This document shows positions 24,084 to 28,902 of a stretch of DNA of 28,902 bases, piece after piece (position 1 is the first letter of the stretch; each line of letters starts with the position of its first letter). The position numbers and the translations under genes were made by a program. The notes under the pieces are model-generated. The model did not search any database and was not told the DNA's origin. It saw only the letters and a list, made by a program, of their open reading frames with translations. This DNA comes from Lysobacterales bacterium. Lineage in GTDB: Bacteria; Pseudomonadota; Gammaproteobacteria; Xanthomonadales; SZUA-5. The stretch spans positions 1-28,902 of the forward strand of contig JALHMH010000050.1 in assembly GCA_022844165.1 (NCBI GenBank), written 5' to 3'.

Positions 24084-25795
24084 ATCGTACGTTCCGCGCC
24101 GGCGGCGGCCGGCAGCGCAACGCCGAGACGGGCGCTGGCCCAGGCTTGCAGGTACTCACGGCCGATTTTGGCGTTGTGTCGGATGTCGACCGGAAATCGC
24201 GGATAAAAGAGTACGCGCTGGATGTCTCGTGTATGCGCGTGGCGACGTGCCAGAACAATTAACTCCTCACGTATCCGCTCGTGCTGTTCGCGCCCGATGT
24301 CGGGTTCGAGTTCGACGACCAGCACCGGCTCCTGCTGGCCCTTGGCGCCAACGCCGACCAGCGCGCTCCGGAACACCTGCGGGTGGGTATTGAAAATCGG
24401 TTCGACCTGCTCGGTACAAATGGGTCCGGAGGCGGTCTCGACGCGCTGACTTCTGCGCCCGCACATCCATAACCGCCCGCCGTCGTCGAAGTAGCCCAGG
24501 TCGCCCATACGGTGAACGCTGCGCTCGCCTTCGCGAATTTTGCCGATCGCATCGGCCTCGGGGCGGTTGAAGTAACGCTCGGTGGCGGTGGGTCCTGCCA
24601 CGGTAATCTCGCCGACGGTGCCGGTGGGAACTTCCAAATCGTCTTGCCACTGGGCGATCGGTGCATCGCTGATTTTGATGATGCGTACCTCATTGGGCGT
24701 GACGACACGACCGACCAGGGTGCCGGCGCCATGCTCGGTCCGCGCCCGCGCGAAATCTGTGAGCTCTCGCCCTTCGACGACGGCAACCGGCAAGCACTCG
24801 GTGGCCCCATACGGCGTCCAGAGCGTGGCATCGTCGGGCAGAAGCTTGCGCATGCGTTCCACCACCGCCACGGGCACCGGTGCGCCCGCCGAGATAACGC
24901 GTTTGAGCGTGGGCAGTTTGACGCCACGTGGTGCGCCCCAGCGCGACAGCGCATTGACCAAAGCGGGCGAAGCGAACATGTTGGTCACGCCGAAATCGTG
25001 GATCGTCTGGATCAGCTTGGACGGATCAGCCATCGCCGGTCGCGTTGGATCCATTTCCGGGATCACGGTGGTCATGCCCAGTGCCGGATCGAACAACGCA
25101 AATGGTGGGAAGGTCGGCAAGTCGATTTCGCCAGGGCGAATGTCGAATGCCTCACGCAGTAAATCGACCTGAGCCAGGAAATGCCGATGCTGATACACCA
25201 CGCCCTTGGGTACGCCCGTCGAACCCGAGGTAAACAGCACCGCCGCCATATCGTCGGCGCGCGTGTCGGCGAGCATGGCCGGGCAACGCTTGCGTGCATC
25301 GTTGCCATCGCGGCCGATCTTCAGCACTTCGGCGTAACTGTGCCCGCCGAACGGGAATTTGGGGCCAACCACCACCAGCTTCTTCACCGTCGCGCGTCCC
25401 CAACCGAGCGCAACGCGGGCCGCGTGTGCCAGCGGAATGCCGATAAATGCGGCCGGCTCGGCCTCGTTCAAACACTTCTTGAGTGCGGTTCGGGCGATGC
25501 CCGGGTCGACCAACACTGGCACGGCACCGGCCTTGAACAGGGCGAACATCAGCACAAAGAGCTCGACGCTGGGCCGTACCATCAGCACCGTGCGCACGCC
25601 GCGACCGATGCCAATTTGTGTCAGACCATGTGCGATCGCATCAGATTCTTCGTCGAGCTGCGCGTATGTCAGATGGGTATGCGCCGGGCGACCGGCCAGA
25701 TCGCTGCCGCAGGGGACAAAAATCGCGATTTGGTGTGGCCGCTCGCTGGCCATGCGGGTCAGTGCGCTGGCGATATTGGCCGATTGCAATACCAT
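24080..25795 (-). CDS. oleC: Olefin beta-lactone synthetase OleC (AMP-dependent ligase)
   Basis: NIASAL, AVPVLVDPG, FTSGSTGVPKGV, DLPTFPPFALF, TPYGATECLPV, HRMGDLG, FPVDIRHNAKIGRE; adjacent to oleD. Confidence 0.92.
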   Translation of the reverse strand: MVLQSANIASALTRMASERPHQIAIFVPCGSDLAGRPAHTHLTYAQLDEESDAIAHGLTQIGIGRGVRTVLMVRPSVELFVLMFALFKAGAVPVLVDPGIARTALKKCLNEAEPAAFIGIPLAHAARVALGWGRATVKKLVVVGPKFPFGGHSYAEVLKIGRDGNDARKRCPAMLADTRADDMAAVLFTSGSTGVPKGVVYQHRHFLAQVDLLREAFDIRPGEIDLPTFPPFALFDPALGMTTVIPEMDPTRPAMADPSKLIQTIHDFGVTNMFASPALVNALSRWGAPRGVKLPTLKRVISAGAPVPVAVVERMRKLLPDDATLWTPYGATECLPVAVVEGRELTDFARARTEHGAGTLVGRVVTPNEVRIIKISDAPIAQWQDDLEVPTGTVGEITVAGPTATERYFNRPEADAIGKIREGERSVHRMGDLGYFDDGGRLWMCGRRSQRVETASGPICTEQVEPIFNTHPQVFRSALVGVGAKGQQEPVLVVELEPDIGREQHERIREELIVLARRHAHTRDIQRVLFYPRFPVDIRHNAKIGREYLQAWASARLGVALPAAAGAERTI

Positions 25796-25900
25796 GCCGG
25801 TCTCGATCGATTCGGGTGGCGAAGGCTCGCCGGTTTATCGTAAGGCGTCAAACGGCAATCTCAGGTCCAAGCCGGACGCGTCGCCAACAGCGCGCTGTCA

Positions 25901-27229
25901 TTACGTTACGGCGCGTTCGACGCCGCGGGCCGCTACAGCGACCAGCCAGCGCAGCTCTTCGGCGCTGGCCACGTATGGCGGCATAAAGTACACCGTGTTT
26001 CCCAGTGGCCGCAGCAACGCGCCCTCGGTCAACGCATGTTGATAGACGCGCAATCCACGTCGCTCCTGCCACGCATACGGCGCACCATGCGCGTCGACCA
26101 GATCGAATGCAGCGATCATTCCAGTGCGGCGAATACCACGGACATGTGGATGATCGGCTAAGGCCGCGAGTGCTGTATCGAGAACAAGGCCGAGCTCGGC
26201 GTTACGCGCGAGAACCGGCTCCGACGCGAACACATCCAGGCTCGCCAAAGCAGCCGCGCATGCCAGCGGATTGCCGGTGTAGCTATGCGAATGCAGAAAC
26301 GCTTTGAGCGTTCGATATTCGTCGTAGAACGCGGCATAAACCGCCTCGCCGGTCAGCACACAGGACAACGGCAAGTAACCGCCGGTCAGACCCTTGCCCA
26401 CACACAAGAAGTCCGGCATCACGCCTGCCTGCTGGTGAGCGAACATCGTCCCAGTTCGCGCAAACCCAACGGCGATCTCGTCAGCGATCAGATGCACGTT
26501 GTAGCGATCGCACAAGGAGCGAACCTGGGCGAGATACGCCGGATCGTGCATGCGCATACCAGCGGCACACTGCACCAGCGGTTCGAGGAGCACCGCCGCC
26601 ACCGATTCGGCATGGGTCTCGAGCAGCGCGCCGAGCGCCGCCGCTGCGGCCTGCGATGCGCCTGCATCGATGACGCCAAAAGCGCCAGTCGGTGCCGGCG
26701 CGACGATCGGGTCAAGCAGCAGCGCGCCGTAGGTCTCGCGATAGAGGGGCACCTGGGTCATCGACAACGCGCCCAAGGTCTCGCCGTGATAGGCGCCCTC
26801 AAGGACGATGAAACGCTGCTTGCGCGGCAACCCAACGTTGCGCCAATAGTGAAAGCTCATTTTAAGCGCAACTTCGATTGCCGCCGAGCCCGAGTCGGCA
26901 TAAAACACGCGGGTCAGCGGCGCGCCGACCAACTCGACGAGCCGCTCCGCCAGATCGACTGCTGGTGGATGCGTGAATCCGGCAAGAATCACGTGTTCCA
27001 AGGTGTGCGCTTGCTGCGCAACCGCGGCGCTGATACGTGGATGTGCGTGGCCGAAGAGATTGACCCACCAGCTCGACACGCCATCGAAGTAGCGCGCGCC
27101 GTCCGCAGACACCAGCCACGGGCCTTCGCCGCGCACGATCGGTATGAGCGGCAACCACTCGTGATCGTGCATCTGAGTGCACGGGTGCCAGAGCACGCAA
27201 AGATCACGTTGAGTTAGAGACTTGGACAT
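25901..27229 (-). CDS. bioA: Adenosylmethionine-8-amino-7-oxononanoate aminotransferase
   Basis: WHPCTQM, DGVSSWWVNLFGH, DSGSAAIEVALKM, YHGETLG, IADEIAVGFARTG, GKGLTGGYLPLS, HSHSYTGNPLAC. Start is 27229 or 27238. Confidence 0.97.
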   Translation of the reverse strand: MSKSLTQRDLCVLWHPCTQMHDHEWLPLIPIVRGEGPWLVSADGARYFDGVSSWWVNLFGHAHPRISAAVAQQAHTLEHVILAGFTHPPAVDLAERLVELVGAPLTRVFYADSGSAAIEVALKMSFHYWRNVGLPRKQRFIVLEGAYHGETLGALSMTQVPLYRETYGALLLDPIVAPAPTGAFGVIDAGASQAAAAALGALLETHAESVAAVLLEPLVQCAAGMRMHDPAYLAQVRSLCDRYNVHLIADEIAVGFARTGTMFAHQQAGVMPDFLCVGKGLTGGYLPLSCVLTGEAVYAAFYDEYRTLKAFLHSHSYTGNPLACAAALASLDVFASEPVLARNAELGLVLDTALAALADHPHVRGIRRTGMIAAFDLVDAHGAPYAWQERRGLRVYQHALTEGALLRPLGNTVYFMPPYVASAEELRWLVAVAARGVERAVT

Positions 27230-27740
27230 CGGCGACATGGGATCAGCCAGGCTGGCGCGATGCGGCGCATCGGCACGGGGACCGTGAATGCTACCGATTC
27301 GTTGACGCAACCGCTTTGTCAGCGCGCGTGACTTCGCGAGTGCTGCGCTCGATCAGCGCAGATCAAAAATCGCCTGAACGCGCCGATCACCGACGGACAC
27401 GCCGTGCTGTAAGCGCGCGTCCCATTCTCAGCGGATTTTTCGTCAAGCGGCCAACAGTCGTTCTTGTCGCGTGGACAAGAAACGGGGCTCGAATGGAGTC
27501 CCGGTGAATGGATCGGCCAAGGAGTCATCGCGAGATGGTCGAAGAGAAAGAGACGTACAACCGACGCTCGCCGCTTGCCGCTGCCATCGCCGGGTCCAGG
27601 TGCGATGAACCAACGGCATCTGGAACTTCTTCTGTCATCTACAGTCTTTTTCTCCGCCCGGAGCGCAATGCCCAGTGCAGTAGAAAGCGACCGTCCACGT
27701 TCTCGGTTGCAACGCACTATCCAACTCTTTGGAGACCCCT

Positions 27741-28781
27741 ATGCAGAGCTTTAATCGCTTTGAGGCGGAGCCGTGGTCGATTGACGGCTTTGCCATCGTG
27801 AATGGCCGTTTGTACATCGATGGTTGGGCCTTTCCCGAGGATGGCAACGACCTCACCAGCCGCTTTTTCGTCAACGGCGAGCCGGTTGAAACCGCGATCG
27901 CCATCGATCGTCCGGACGTCGCGAAATTCTTCGAGCGACGCAACCGCGCACGAGATTGCGGTTTTCATCTCGAACATCCGGTCACGCCGTCGATATCGAT
28001 GCTGGAAGTACATTGCACATCGCGCCACGACACCGCGCGCGTCCGCGCAAGAAACAGTGTATTCGTGCCTCTCAAGGGCGCACCGGTAGAGCGACCGGTA
28101 CCGTCCGCCGAACAACGATTCAGGGTTATCGGCAACCGTGATCTGGATGGATTCCTGCGGATCGGCTGCACCGATGCCCACAAACTTCTGACACTTATTC
28201 GGGCCGACTTTCCCAGGCTGAGAGAGGTGCGCGCACTAGACTGGGGCGTTGGATGCGGGCGCATCGCACGGCACACCAGCGATCTATTCGGTTCGTTTAC
28301 CGGCGTCGATATCGATGCCGACAATGTTGGCTGGTGCTCCGCAAATCTGCCTGGGCGCTATGAAACGATCCTGCTGCGCGAACGCACGCAGTTTCCGTCC
28401 GGCGAGTTCGACGTGATCTATGGCGTGTCGGTGTTCACGCACTTGAGAGAGGACATACAGGACCTGTGGCTCGACGAGTTGCGACGGCTCCTGCGCCCTG
28501 GTGGGCGAGCGTACATCACGGTGCACGGCCGCACGGCCGTGGAATACAGTTGCCGGCCCGCAGCCGAAATTGCTGCGGCCGTGAGCCGGCTGGAGCGGGA
28601 ACAGTTTTTCGTTTCCAACGTCAACCATCAGCTGGATGGATTCGTTCCCGAACCAGGTGAATACGTCAACGTCTTCCATCACCCCGACTATGTACTGCGG
28701 CATTGGCGAAAGTACTTCGAGCACATCGAGATCATCCCCGGCTACATCTACACGCACGATCTGGTCGTCGTGCAGCGCTAG
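27741..28781 (+). CDS. Class I SAM-dependent methyltransferase with an N-terminal beta-rich domain
   Basis: GGAGA RBS; ALDWGVGCGRIAR, GVDID, FDVIYGVSVFTHL, ELRRLLRPGG; N-terminal IDGWAF...RPDVA...CGF domain. Confidence 0.88.
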   Translation: MQSFNRFEAEPWSIDGFAIVNGRLYIDGWAFPEDGNDLTSRFFVNGEPVETAIAIDRPDVAKFFERRNRARDCGFHLEHPVTPSISMLEVHCTSRHDTARVRARNSVFVPLKGAPVERPVPSAEQRFRVIGNRDLDGFLRIGCTDAHKLLTLIRADFPRLREVRALDWGVGCGRIARHTSDLFGSFTGVDIDADNVGWCSANLPGRYETILLRERTQFPSGEFDVIYGVSVFTHLREDIQDLWLDELRRLLRPGGRAYITVHGRTAVEYSCRPAAEIAAAVSRLEREQFFVSNVNHQLDGFVPEPGEYVNVFHHPDYVLRHWRKYFEHIEIIPGYIYTHDLVVVQR

Positions 28782-28786
28782 CCCGC

Positions 28787-28902
28787 TAGTGTGGTGTCCC
28801 AAAAATAACTACCATTAAATAGTAATCAATTTCCCTGCCGCACGAGCTACCGCTTCGATGATCGCATCGGCGCTCTTGCGCCAGATGAAGGGCTTGGGAT
28901 TG
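28787..28902 (-). mobile_element. IS630-family insertion sequence, downstream end (truncated by the window)
   Basis: Minus-strand translation NPKPFIWRKSADAIIEAVARAAGKLITI* matches the IS630 transposase C-terminal PKPFxW motif. The end reads ...TTTTGGGACACCACAC-TAG, with a TA target inside CTAG (28786-28789). Confidence 0.85.
28815..28901 (-). CDS. IS630-family transposase, C-terminal 28 aa (partial)
   Basis: Not in the ORF track; manual translation NPKPFIWRKSADAII..., stop TAA at 28815-28817. Confidence 0.82.
   Translation of the reverse strand, partial: NPKPFIWRKSADAIIEAVARAAGKLITI

Noticed and set aside
1-28902. CRISPR arrays, tRNA/rRNA genes, riboswitches
   Set aside because: No regularly spaced repeats or recognisable structured-RNA signatures were seen by eye; a covariance-model search was not possible.

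Overview
GC-rich gammaproteobacterial chromosome segment; gene content (oriC between dnaA and dnaN, oleC/oleD, stand-alone aceE) suggests Xanthomonadales/Lysobacterales, which is an inference. The left end holds the replication origin region (recF 5' part, dnaN, oriC, dnaA), but the usual rpmH-rnpA-yidC block is missing upstream of dnaA. Housekeeping and metabolic genes follow: GGDEF cyclase, 3-hydroxybutyrate oligomer hydrolase, trmL, aceE, GNAT, htpX, gluQ, TorF-type porin, M17 peptidase, cca, thioesterase, lipoprotein, oppA/oppB, oleD/oleC, bioA and a methyltransferase. Accessory material is interspersed: (i) a coupled P-loop NTPase plus degenerate-NTPase/TPR-like gene pair where oppC/oppD would be expected, the best candidate for an uncharacterised system; (ii) a zeta-toxin-like kinase with a small coupled partner next to a frameshifted pseudogene; (iii) a palindromic, repeat-derived in-frame insertion in aceE; (iv) the end of an IS630-family element at the right edge. 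All calls come from motif recognition by eye; no database searches were run.
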